The position numbers and the translations under genes are program-made. A stretch of 50,103 nt of DNA from Promethearchaeota archaeon (GTDB taxonomy: Archaea > Asgardarchaeota > Lokiarchaeia > Sigyniarchaeales > SOKP01), in contig JAFGOA010000105.1 of assembly GCA_016926735.1 (NCBI GenBank), positions 1 to 50,103 of the forward strand. Direction: 5' to 3'. The notes under the pieces are model-generated. The model did not search any database. It had not been told where the DNA came from and worked only from the letters and a program-made list of their open reading frames with translations. Shown piece by piece: positions 10,179-19,511 of the stretch; the stretch's first letter is position 1; every line of letters starts with the position of its first letter.

Positions 10179-10613
10179 ATGGTCGATGAAGCATTAATTA
10201 ATGAACTAAAAGAAAAATTAGATGCTGGTGCAGCTTCCGCTGAGCCAGAAGATGCTTTAAAATGCTTTGAGTTATACAATCAAATTGCTGAGGAAATGGA
10301 AGATTTGAAGGAAGAACTCGAAGATATGGAAATTTCTGTACAAATTATTTTAACCGACGTTGATAAAAAGTATTGGATTAAAGCTGTAGAAGGTAAACTT
10401 TCTTATGGTGATGGTGAAGTAGATAATCCTTCTTTTACATTCTCTGCGACAAAAGAAATCGGAATAGGAATGTTATTTGGTGAAGTTGATGCTACAAGTG
10501 CTTATATGGCAGGAGATATAACTGTTGAAGGAAATCTTCAAGATGCTATGGCTTTTCAAGAGATTATTGAACTCGCAATGGAAGGGTTCGAAGATATAAT
10601 TGATGAGATGTAA
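10179..10613 (+). CDS. SCP2 sterol/lipid-binding domain protein
   Basis: GEVDATSAYMAGDITVEGNLQDAMAF is the SCP2 C-terminal signature; very acidic. Confidence 0.85.
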   Translation: MVDEALINELKEKLDAGAASAEPEDALKCFELYNQIAEEMEDLKEELEDMEISVQIILTDVDKKYWIKAVEGKLSYGDGEVDNPSFTFSATKEIGIGMLFGEVDATSAYMAGDITVEGNLQDAMAFQEIIELAMEGFEDIIDEM

Positions 10614-10739
10614 GCTTTACTTTATATTTTTTTATTAAGAACGTTACCTTAAAAATTTTTTTTAATCTTTTTTTTGTTTTTTCTTAGTTAATTATTTACA
10701 TGAGAAAAAAGAATTTTCCAAAAGGATAAAAATTAATTA

Positions 10740-11564
10740 TTATAAAATTCCTACCATCAATAATATCATCAAAACACCGGTATAAAAAGCAATCCCGGCT
10801 AATCCTTTTTGGATAAATTGACTCTTTACTTTGTTACTAAGAACAGGGCCTATCTGGGCACCAATTATTCCCCCTATTGCGAATGTAAGAGGCCATATCC
10901 ATGAATAAATATAAGTACCGTATAGAAAATGTGTGATAATTCCAAAAAAGGATGTTGATGCCATAGCAAATTCACTTGTTGCAGCTGCTTTTTTTGCATC
11001 GAGTCCAAGTAATATCATCGATGTTGTATCAGTAGTTCCCCCTCCAAGGCCTACTAAACCTGTTATCATTCCTCCTGAAAATGAGCTAAATGAGGCAAGA
11101 TAAGGATTATTAACTCCTATTTTTGAATTATTTTCTTCTATATTTGTATAACAGGAAATTTGGTTTTGTTTAGCGGTATTTTTTAATTTGATTTCTTTTT
11201 TTTGGAAAAGAATAATGCTTAAAACTATAATAATAAATCCACAAATTCCAGCTAGAACATTTTCTAACAATATTAATGTTAAATAGCCCCCAATTAATAC
11301 TCCAGGAATATCAAAAATATTATAAAGCATTGCAAGCCTAAAATTAACTAAACCCATTTTAATATATCGAATTGAAGCGCTAATTGTAAGACATGTCATA
11401 TAGAATAATGAAATAACAATGGCGGACTCAGGAGGAAAATTAAATATAAAAATACTCGTTGGTATTATTAATATTCCTCCACCTAATCCAACAGAAGAAG
11501 AAACACATCCAATTAAAAATCCGAATACGAATGCAAGTATCAAATATTCTTCTCCTATCGGCAT
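10740..11564 (-). CDS. TauE/SafE (TSUP) sulfite exporter family permease
   Basis: Duplicated GLGGG motifs, AAATS, about 8 TMs. Confidence 0.9.
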   Translation of the reverse strand: MPIGEEYLILAFVFGFLIGCVSSSVGLGGGILIIPTSIFIFNFPPESAIVISLFYMTCLTISASIRYIKMGLVNFRLAMLYNIFDIPGVLIGGYLTLILLENVLAGICGFIIIVLSIILFQKKEIKLKNTAKQNQISCYTNIEENNSKIGVNNPYLASFSSFSGGMITGLVGLGGGTTDTTSMILLGLDAKKAAATSEFAMASTSFFGIITHFLYGTYIYSWIWPLTFAIGGIIGAQIGPVLSNKVKSQFIQKGLAGIAFYTGVLMILLMVGIL

Positions 11565-11713
11565 CTCAATATATGATAAATTTGTATTCTTTTTGAATTT
11601 TGAGTTTATTATTTAAATACTTTTTAAATCCTTAAAATATAAAAAAAAAGATTATAGATATAATCTTAAATCTCTGAAATATATTTTATAATATCAATAT
11701 CTCTTTAGTCTGA

Positions 11714-12253
11714 CTATGTATTTTTTATAAAATTATATGTATCATCAATTTTTTCGAATAATTTGAACAATCCGGAATCAGTTATTTTAGAAATAATTGT
11801 ATCTTCTTTCATATGATGACAATCAAAAGAAAGTATTGATTGATCTTTTAGAACTCTATAAAATTCTTTTAATAATTCATCTTGATTTTTTATCATATGG
11901 AACATATCAAGACATAAAACAACATCAATAGAGTTATTTTCTAATCCTGTATCACAATCAGATGTGATGGTTTTTATATTTGTCAATCCTTCTTTAGAAG
12001 CTTTCTTTTTTATTACTGAACCAGACAGAGGTTGTATATCAACAGAATAAATTTTTCCCAAATCACCAACAACCTTAGCTGCAGCAATAGAATAGGCTCC
12101 AGGACCCGCACCATAATCTAAAACATGATCTCCTAAATTTATTTTGGCCTTTTTTATTTTTTTCATTGGATCTGAGAATTTATCACGCATAGCAAAAAAT
12201 GCCGACATCATTTTAAAAGAAATATTATTCATTGGTTTATTTACTTTACTCAT
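11714..12253 (-). CDS. class I SAM-dependent methyltransferase
   Basis: VLDYGAGPG motif I; SIDVV; EFYRVLK. Confidence 0.9.
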   Translation of the reverse strand: MSKVNKPMNNISFKMMSAFFAMRDKFSDPMKKIKKAKINLGDHVLDYGAGPGAYSIAAAKVVGDLGKIYSVDIQPLSGSVIKKKASKEGLTNIKTITSDCDTGLENNSIDVVLCLDMFHMIKNQDELLKEFYRVLKDQSILSFDCHHMKEDTIISKITDSGLFKLFEKIDDTYNFIKNT

Positions 12254-12277
12254 TATATTTTTACCTCCTTTTTATAA

Positions 12278-12297
12278 ATATAAGTAAGTACTTATAT
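12278..12297. promoter_or_regulatory. palindromic operator copy 1 (likely ArsR site)
   Basis: ATATAAGTA-AG-TACTTATAT just upstream of the methyltransferase RBS. Confidence 0.8.
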
Positions 12298-12309
12298 AAT
12301 CCTATACTT

Positions 12310-12329
12310 ATATAAGTAAATACTTATAT
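12310..12329. promoter_or_regulatory. palindromic operator copy 2
   Basis: ATATAAGTA-AA-TACTTATAT. Confidence 0.8.
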
Positions 12330-12440
12330 ATAAACTATTCGGATTTTTAACAGGATTTAGAGATTTTATTTTCTTATAAGATATATTCAGAGAAAATTTT
12401 TGACTTTTTCGTATAAAAATATATGTTATTTAACATATTT

Positions 12441-12570
12441 GAACTACTCACCCCTAAACAGTACCGAGTATTTTTTTTTGTTTTTAAATAATGAGAGGTT
12501 AAAGATTTAGAAGAGCAAAATTCATCACCCCCCAAAAGGAGGGTGTTTTCTTTTGCTGTAATTGATAAAA
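12441..12570 (+). mobile_element. probable internally deleted IS200/IS605-family remnant (MITE-like)
   Basis: Left-end-like GAACTACTCACCCCTAAA; right-end-like hairpin AGCAAAA-TTCAT-CACCC..AAAA..GGGTG-TTTTC-TTTTGCT followed by GATAAAA; no transposase. Confidence 0.5.
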
Positions 12571-12604
12571 TCTGTTATTATTTTAGAAATAGAAATATAA
12601 TAAA

Positions 12605-12958
12605 TTATTTCATAGTATTTTGATTATTAGGACAATCAGAACATTTACCTTCAAATGAACATCTCATAAATGGTTCTTCTAATGCTTTATTAAGGATCTT
12701 TTTATATGATTCAAACACTTTTTTATTGATAAAGTAAAATTTTTTATTCTGTTCTCGTCTAGCTTTCACAAGATTTACATCTTTTAATATTTTGATATGT
12801 TGAGTAATTGCTGGTTGAGATATTCCAATCTTTTCAGCTAAGTCAATTACTCTACGCTTATCTTCATCATTAAACATTAATAAACTAATTAATTTTAGTC
12901 TTGTTGGATCTGCTAGAGCCTTTAATATTGTAGAGAGATTTTCAAGATGTTCACTCAC
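12605..12958 (-). CDS. ArsR/SmtB family repressor with Cys-rich C-terminus
   Basis: KALADPTRLKLI, ISQPAITQHIKIL; C-terminal CSFEGKCSDCP. Confidence 0.92.
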   Translation of the reverse strand: MSEHLENLSTILKALADPTRLKLISLLMFNDEDKRRVIDLAEKIGISQPAITQHIKILKDVNLVKARREQNKKFYFINKKVFESYKKILNKALEEPFMRCSFEGKCSDCPNNQNTMK

Positions 12959-12980
12959 AAATATATAATAGTTTTTAAGA

Positions 12981-13000
12981 ATATAAGTAATTACTTATAT
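12981..13000. promoter_or_regulatory. palindromic operator copy 3 (ArsR autoregulation)
   Basis: Perfect palindrome ATATAAGTAATTACTTATAT 22 nt upstream of the arsR start. Confidence 0.85.
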
Positions 13001-13110
13001 TTTTATTTATTTATTATATTACAAAAAAGCTATTGGTTTATTGATATACAATTTCAAATATATACACGCTGATTTTAAAAAAAAAGAAAAAAGAAAAAAA
13101 AATTTTAAAA

Positions 13111-14829
13111 TTAGAATGGATTAAGCCAGAAATAGAAGAATGCAATACCTACTAAGAAGCATATCACAGCTAAGATATAAGTTAATGGTTTAACATAATT
13201 TTTAAATCTTTTTCCGTAAGTTGTTTCAATAGTATGCACTTGAAAATAGGGATTAGGACCTCTCCTATACCATCCTATTATTCTCACTTTTTCCCCAATT
13301 AACCTATTTACTCTTGCTAATGCAAAGAATAAATCAACAATTTTTAAACCAAATCTATAATCAATGTAAAGTAATCCTGTTTTATCTTTAAAATAAAGGT
13401 CCTCACTAAGCCAATAACCAGGTACGCCTTTTCCAATGATTTCTCCTTCTATAATTGCAGGAATACCACGAATAGGTGATACTTTTACATTTGTAATTAG
13501 CTGTACTATTGTTCTTGGTTCAAAACCACTTCGATATTTAAATCCTGTTTTTGCAATAAATCCAAAACCAATAATGTAAAATCCAACACCCCAAATGAGA
13601 AATATTTGTGGAATTGATATCGTGTTAAAGAGTGGTAAAGTAAATGCGGTGAAATATGTTACTGCCCATACAATTGTAAATATTAAGAATAATATAAAAA
13701 CAATCAACGGGAGATATTTAAAGAATAGATCTGTTAGAAATTCACCTGCCATAGATTTACCAGCTTGAGCCTCCTTAATCTTTTTAGCTTGTGATAAATC
13801 TATTTCTGGTTTTTTACTATAAATTGGACATTGTTGATTTAATCTCTGAATTCTTTTTGCTGGCAATGGATGTGTACTATATAGTTGATAATATTTAGCC
13901 CAAGGATTGTATAAATCCCAAGCAGCAGCAGCAGCAATTGTTTCATTTGAATAACTTCCAGAGGGAGTGAGTCCTCCAGATGCGAAATACTTTGCCGTGT
14001 TAGGATCAAAAATACCTAATCCTCTTAGTGCTCTAGTCTTTGATCTATTTCTCTCTTCATAGCTAACACCATGATCCGCAACTAAACCATATGCTATTTT
14101 AACTAAGCCCGAGGATAAAGCATTAGGGTTTTGTAAAACTTCTGCTGCGTGTTCATCAGCATAATATTCTCGAATTCTACTTATAAAAAGAGAAATTAGA
14201 TATCCAAAGTAATATGTAATATAAGAAGCTACAGCGACTGCAAAAAGAGCAATAACAAAAGCACCTCTATCTTTACTATCACCACTTCCCCTTCCAGAGT
14301 AAACTGCAGTATAATAAGCCCATCGAGCTATTGTTAAAAGAACGAGAGGAATTGCAAATACAACTGTCATTAAAATAAAATCAGAATGAATAACATGTCC
14401 CAATTCATGAGATAATACTGCTTGTTGTTCCTCTTCATTAAGAAATTCTAAAATACCAGTTGTAAGTACAACTCTAGCATTATTTTTAGTATGACCAAAA
14501 GTAAAAGCATTTGGATTTAAATCATTAACAATGCCAAGACGAGGCATTTTAATCTTATTAACAGATAGCACTTTATCTAATGTTTCAGCTAAATGAGGAT
14601 ATCTTGCTTTATACTCATTATATGATAACCAATCAATTGCATAAAGCCATTGAACCAAGTATGGTGAAATTGCATATTGAATCAACACAATAACAAGAGT
14701 AAATGAAAGCATTATTAGAAGACCAACAATTGAAAAAGGTAAAAACCATATAGAGATAATGAATACTAATGCATAAGTTAAAGCAAAAAGGCTTGTTATC
14801 GCTAAACTAGATGCTATTTTTAGTCCCAT
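13111..14829 (-). CDS. htpX: M48 zinc metalloprotease HtpX with long C-terminal extension
   Basis: PNAFTFG, HELGH, SRIREYYAD, STHP; extra TMs and a beta-rich domain after about aa 350. Confidence 0.88.
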   Translation of the reverse strand: MGLKIASSLAITSLFALTYALVFIISIWFLPFSIVGLLIMLSFTLVIVLIQYAISPYLVQWLYAIDWLSYNEYKARYPHLAETLDKVLSVNKIKMPRLGIVNDLNPNAFTFGHTKNNARVVLTTGILEFLNEEEQQAVLSHELGHVIHSDFILMTVVFAIPLVLLTIARWAYYTAVYSGRGSGDSKDRGAFVIALFAVAVASYITYYFGYLISLFISRIREYYADEHAAEVLQNPNALSSGLVKIAYGLVADHGVSYEERNRSKTRALRGLGIFDPNTAKYFASGGLTPSGSYSNETIAAAAAWDLYNPWAKYYQLYSTHPLPAKRIQRLNQQCPIYSKKPEIDLSQAKKIKEAQAGKSMAGEFLTDLFFKYLPLIVFILFLIFTIVWAVTYFTAFTLPLFNTISIPQIFLIWGVGFYIIGFGFIAKTGFKYRSGFEPRTIVQLITNVKVSPIRGIPAIIEGEIIGKGVPGYWLSEDLYFKDKTGLLYIDYRFGLKIVDLFFALARVNRLIGEKVRIIGWYRRGPNPYFQVHTIETTYGKRFKNYVKPLTYILAVICFLVGIAFFYFWLNPF

Positions 14830-15012
14830 TCAATTCACTTCGTATTTGTTATGAAATTAATTTATATATTAAAAATATTATTTATGTAAATGAATTCTTA
14901 TGTTTTATTAGACTTTTTAGCATTTTAAATCTTATTATTTAAGTTTTTAACTTTTAAATCTATAGCATTAATTTATTATTTCCTAACATTTTTTATTCAT
15001 TAAATCAAATTT

Positions 15013-15882
15013 TTGAGGTTTTTAAAGATTCTTATTTCTCAATTTCATAAGTTATATAAAGTTAATGGAATAAATGATGAAATTAAAAATATATTCCAAA
15101 GACTGATCCATGAATATTATAATAAATTTGGACGGGATTTTCCCTTCAGACGACAAATTAATCCATATTATGTTTTAGTTTCAGAAGTTATGCTACAACA
15201 GACACAAACAAATAGAGTATCTTTAAAATTTTTAGAATTTATTAAGAGATTTCCTGATTTTGAATCATTAGCGATGGCAAACAACAATGATATTTTAGAA
15301 ACATGGCAAGGTTTAGGGTACAATCGTAGAGCGCTTGCATTAAAAAAAATAGCGAATATAATAATACAGGAATATAATGGCGAACTTCCTAATTCAATTG
15401 AGATATTAAAAACATTTCCTCAAATTGGCCATAATACTGCATCATCAATCCTAACTTTTGCTTATAACAAACCTACATTTTTCATTGAAACAAATATAAG
15501 AAGAGTATATATTTATTATTTCTTTCCTGGAAGAACGAATATTGATGATAAAGAGATTCTAGAAATCCTCAAAAAAACTATTGATGCTAAAAATCCTAGA
15601 AAATGGTATTATGCTCTTATGGACTATGGTGTAATGCTAAAGAAAAATCATCCTGATCTTTATAAAAGATCAAAACATTACAAGAAACAGCCTAAGTTTA
15701 AAGGTTCAGATCGAGAAATTCGTGGACACATTTTAAAATTATTAATAAAGAAAAAAGAATTTCCAATTGAAGAAATGATAAGAATAATAGGATTAAGTAA
15801 AATAAGAGTAAAAAAAATTATAGATCAGCTTGAAAAAGAAGAGTTTTTGAAAAAGGTAGAGAATCTTATTAAATTAGTATAA
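15013..15882 (+). CDS. mutY: A/G-specific adenine glycosylase, MutY-like, no Fe-S cluster (start possibly ATT at 15028)
   Basis: VSEVMLQQTQ, WQGLGYNRRA, HhH motif, ALMDYG; no Cys cluster motif. Confidence 0.85.
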   Translation: MRFLKILISQFHKLYKVNGINDEIKNIFQRLIHEYYNKFGRDFPFRRQINPYYVLVSEVMLQQTQTNRVSLKFLEFIKRFPDFESLAMANNNDILETWQGLGYNRRALALKKIANIIIQEYNGELPNSIEILKTFPQIGHNTASSILTFAYNKPTFFIETNIRRVYIYYFFPGRTNIDDKEILEILKKTIDAKNPRKWYYALMDYGVMLKKNHPDLYKRSKHYKKQPKFKGSDREIRGHILKLLIKKKEFPIEEMIRIIGLSKIRVKKIIDQLEKEEFLKKVENLIKLV

Positions 15883-15962
15883 TGAATCTTTTTCCTTCAG
15901 AATAATAACTTCAATATCTATTTTATTTCCATCTATTCTTTAAAATTTTAAAAAAAATAAAA

Positions 15963-16625
15963 TTACTTTTTTATTAATTTTCGTGTAAATGGATTTAGAG
16001 ATTGATCAATAAACTGCTTTCTTAATTGAATTATATAAATAAAATCATAAACAAAACATCCAATTCCCAAAACTAAAACAATTGGACTCTCAAGGATAAT
16101 AGTAAATAAAATAGTAGGGGTAAGGGTACCAATCGTTTTAAAAATAGCAATATATATTGATTGTCCTTCCAAATTTCCTCTTTTTTGTAGCATATCAAGA
16201 AATAATATTGACATTATGAAATTCTGTATAAAAGCAGCATATGCGGCTCCTAAAGTACCTCCAATTTCAATTATGAAAGCATATTGAATAAAAAAGGCAA
16301 AAGTAAATCCTAAAGTAGACCATACATAAAAATCACGTTTATTGGAATTTTGATCAAAATCTTTCTTTCCATATTTGAAATATGTATATATAATGAGAAT
16401 ATCAAAGGTAAGCCATATAACATTTATCATTCTCTGTAATGTTATTGAATAAAAATCTTCAATATTTATTGAATATAATAATTCCCACATAAAATTTAGA
16501 GCTAATGCATAAAATGGCATTCCATATGTTTTATCTTTAAGTCCTCGAATAATTAAAACAAGATATACGATTGTCCAGCAAATTGCACTAATTGCTTGCA
16601 ATATAATTATAATATATTCATCCAT
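15963..16625 (-). CDS. PaxB/Pyr4-like integral membrane (terpene cyclase family) protein
   Basis: About 7 TMs; W...Y...DKTYGMP..AL.LNFMWE; RG...GQS..IA..K.IGT; late Asp in FVYDFIY. Confidence 0.7.
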   Translation of the reverse strand: MDEYIIIILQAISAICWTIVYLVLIIRGLKDKTYGMPFYALALNFMWELLYSINIEDFYSITLQRMINVIWLTFDILIIYTYFKYGKKDFDQNSNKRDFYVWSTLGFTFAFFIQYAFIIEIGGTLGAAYAAFIQNFIMSILFLDMLQKRGNLEGQSIYIAIFKTIGTLTPTILFTIILESPIVLVLGIGCFVYDFIYIIQLRKQFIDQSLNPFTRKLIKK

Positions 16626-16818
16626 TCTTTTATTTCACACATATTTTCTTATCTAATATATATATTAACCGAATAATTTAAAATAAAATATAAATATTTC
16701 CTTTTATTATCTGTGGTAATCTAAATCTCTTATTTAAGAAAAAATTCTTTTTTTAAGGATATTCTTAAATATCAAAAAAAACTCTATGATGATTAGAATA
16801 AAATAAGTTAGTTATAGA

Positions 16819-18090
16819 TTATAAAAATAGCTCTTTTTTTAGTTTAATCAATATTTTTTCTTGTTTTCTCCAATTCCCCAATATTTTTCCTTTAGAATTA
16901 TATTCCATTAGAAAATTTCTTGTTTTTTCGCTAATTTTATTTAATTGAAATCTAAAAAATGGGGTTTGAGGGAGAGGTGTAAATATATGAGCATTTATAA
17001 CAGCTCCAATATCAAATAATTTCTTTATTACATCTAAAGTTTCTTTTAAATCATTTTTTGTTTCATAAGGTAAACCAAAAATAAAATCTACATAAGCTTT
17101 AAATCCCATATCAATAGTAAGTCTAGTTGATTGCAAAATATCATCAACTGAATGACCACGATTACAAATATCTAAGATTTTTTGACTTCCTGATTGAGCT
17201 CCTATGATAATATTATCATTATTTGCATATTTCTCAACTAAACCTAATGTTATCTTATTTACATGTTCTGGCCTAACTTCTGAAGGGAAAGATCCAAAGA
17301 AAATTTTACCTTCTTTTCCAATTATCTTTCTCACATTGGATAATAATTCTTCCAATTTAGAATAATTTATAGTTAATCCATCTTTTGATCCATAAGAAAA
17401 AGCATTTGGAGTTATGAATCGAATATCAATTAAGTTTTCTTTTTTTAAAATTTCAATGTATTTACAAATTGAATCTACAGATCTATGTCGAATATTGTCT
17501 CCCATCATAAAGGAAGTCTGACAAAAATAACATTTATAGGGACATCCACGAGTGATTTCAATAGAACCATATTTTGTATTTTTTAATGGAAATGGAGGAT
17601 ATTTATTGAGATATATATTATATTTTTTTTTATTTATACATAGTAGTTTATCTTTGTTATAATATGCAATACCTTGGATCTTATCAAAAGATTGTTGATT
17701 TTTTATAGATATTAGAAATTCTACAATAGAGAATTCACTTTCGCCTATAAAAACTATATCAAATCTAATTTTGAGAGTTCCTTCGGGATCTCCTGAAGGA
17801 TGCGCTCCACCAGCGATTAAAAATATCTTATTATTATATTTTATTCTTAGTTTTTTGATTATATTTGAAATATTCCAACGCTGAACAGTAAAAAATGAAA
17901 ATCCAATAATAACAAACTCATATTTTTCCAAAATTATTGGTATTCTTTCGAATAATTCTCCTTCATTCTTTAAAAAGATAATTGTAATATTGTTTAATTG
18001 CTCATTTGTCTCTAAAGCTGCAACGATAGCATTTAGACTAAAGATATTTTTCTTATGATAATATACAATAAATACCATTTTTTTTCGCAT
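16819..18090 (-). CDS. B12-binding domain/radical SAM protein (MJ_1487-like)
   Basis: AGGAHPSG; EITRGCPYKCYFCQT; FGSFPSEVRPE. Confidence 0.9.
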   Translation of the reverse strand: MRKKMVFIVYYHKKNIFSLNAIVAALETNEQLNNITIIFLKNEGELFERIPIILEKYEFVIIGFSFFTVQRWNISNIIKKLRIKYNNKIFLIAGGAHPSGDPEGTLKIRFDIVFIGESEFSIVEFLISIKNQQSFDKIQGIAYYNKDKLLCINKKKYNIYLNKYPPFPLKNTKYGSIEITRGCPYKCYFCQTSFMMGDNIRHRSVDSICKYIEILKKENLIDIRFITPNAFSYGSKDGLTINYSKLEELLSNVRKIIGKEGKIFFGSFPSEVRPEHVNKITLGLVEKYANNDNIIIGAQSGSQKILDICNRGHSVDDILQSTRLTIDMGFKAYVDFIFGLPYETKNDLKETLDVIKKLFDIGAVINAHIFTPLPQTPFFRFQLNKISEKTRNFLMEYNSKGKILGNWRKQEKILIKLKKELFL

Positions 18091-18222
18091 AAGCTTAGAG
18101 AATATAATTTTTCATTAGAATTAAGTTAGATATATAAAATAAAATTATAAAATACCTTTTGAATTTAAAGATTAATTATAAATACCAATTTAAATATTAT
18201 TATTGTAACTGTTAATTAACAA

Positions 18223-18447
18223 TTGAGGTTTTATAAAATTCGACAAATAAATGAGCTTCTTGAAAGCGGTATTTATGAGACTTTTAACCCAGATAAAGCA
18301 ATGACCGTTGCTGATCTTCTTAAAGAACTTAACTTAGAAGATAAATATTTTGGTATTTTAGTAAATGGGAAAAAGGCCAGCCCAGATACTAAAATTGGTC
18401 CAACTGATGAGGTTGTTGTTTTACCACACATTGCCGGCGGTATCTAG
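18223..18447 (+). CDS. MoaD/ThiS/SAMP ubiquitin-like protein (start possibly ATT at 18238)
   Basis: TVADLLKEL, ILVNG, DEVVVLPHIAGG-I. Confidence 0.85.
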   Translation: MRFYKIRQINELLESGIYETFNPDKAMTVADLLKELNLEDKYFGILVNGKKASPDTKIGPTDEVVVLPHIAGGI

Positions 18448-18457
18448 GTTAAAAAGA

Positions 18458-18486
18458 TTTTTTTTCTTTTTTTTTATTTTTTTTTT
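18458..18486. terminator. poly-T tract between convergent genes (archaeal terminator-like)
   Basis: Long T runs immediately after the moaD-like stop; similar tracts at 28031, 38033 and 47586. Confidence 0.5.
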
Positions 18487-18520
18487 GTATTTATCTAAAT
18501 TCAATTAGAATATTAATTAA

Positions 18521-19501
18521 TTATTTAACTTCTAATCTTAGCAAATCTTCAGCTAAGACGGAGTTTTGAAAAATTTTTTTTGCTTCTTCCAATAATTCCA
18601 GAGCATCTTTATGATATCGAGAAGATATATGAGTTAATACTAATAATTTCGCATTCATATCTTTTGCATCATTCGCAGCATCTACAGAAGTTGAATGTTT
18701 TTTCTCTTTAGCAATTTCTGATAACTCATTAGAAAAGGTTGCTTCATGTATAATGATATCCGAATCTTTTCCTAATTCAATTAAAGATTTACATGGAGTT
18801 GTATCTCCAGAATAAGTTACTTTTCTTCCAGGATTTCTTGAATCAACTATTCCTTCCTTATAGGGATCGATAACTTTACTATTAAAAGTTATTTTTTCAC
18901 CATTTTGTAATTTTTTCCAGAGATTGCTCTCGGGAATTCCTAATTTTTTTGCTTTTTCAGGATGGAATTTACCATATCGATCATTTTCAATAAAAGAATA
19001 AGCATATGTTTCAATTGAATGATCTACTTTGCAATATTGAATGAAAAATTTGTTCTTTTTAAAAACAACATTTTCTTTTATTGGTATCTGGTTTTTAGGT
19101 CGTTCTGATGCTAATCCTTCATATTCTAAAATTATTTTATTTTCATGGTCAATTTCATAGATTTTTAAGGGATATTTTGCCCATAATCCCAATATTTTAC
19201 TATGCATAACTAAATATATGTTAAGATTCTTTGGTCCAATTATATTTAGAGGAGCAGTACGATCAATCAAATTAAATCGAAATAATAATCCAGGAAGTCC
19301 AATAATATGATCTCCATGAAAATGAGAAATCAATATTGTCAAAGGCTTATTAAATTTTAATTTAGCTTCATTGAATTTCCGCTGAAGATCTTCTCCACAA
19401 TCAAATAATATAATATTTGAATTGTAAGTTAGAGCGACTGAAGAGAGATTTCTATTATTAACAGGTATGGCTGCTGATGAACCTAAAATTATTAATTCCA
19501 T
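18521..19501 (-). CDS. rnz: ribonuclease Z
   Basis: FDCGE, SHFHGDH, flexible arm, YSGDT, HEAT, HST, THISSRY. Confidence 0.95.
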   Translation of the reverse strand: MELIILGSSAAIPVNNRNLSSVALTYNSNIILFDCGEDLQRKFNEAKLKFNKPLTILISHFHGDHIIGLPGLLFRFNLIDRTAPLNIIGPKNLNIYLVMHSKILGLWAKYPLKIYEIDHENKIILEYEGLASERPKNQIPIKENVVFKKNKFFIQYCKVDHSIETYAYSFIENDRYGKFHPEKAKKLGIPESNLWKKLQNGEKITFNSKVIDPYKEGIVDSRNPGRKVTYSGDTTPCKSLIELGKDSDIIIHEATFSNELSEIAKEKKHSTSVDAANDAKDMNAKLLVLTHISSRYHKDALELLEEAKKIFQNSVLAEDLLRLEVK

Positions 19502-19511
19502 GAAAATTAGT

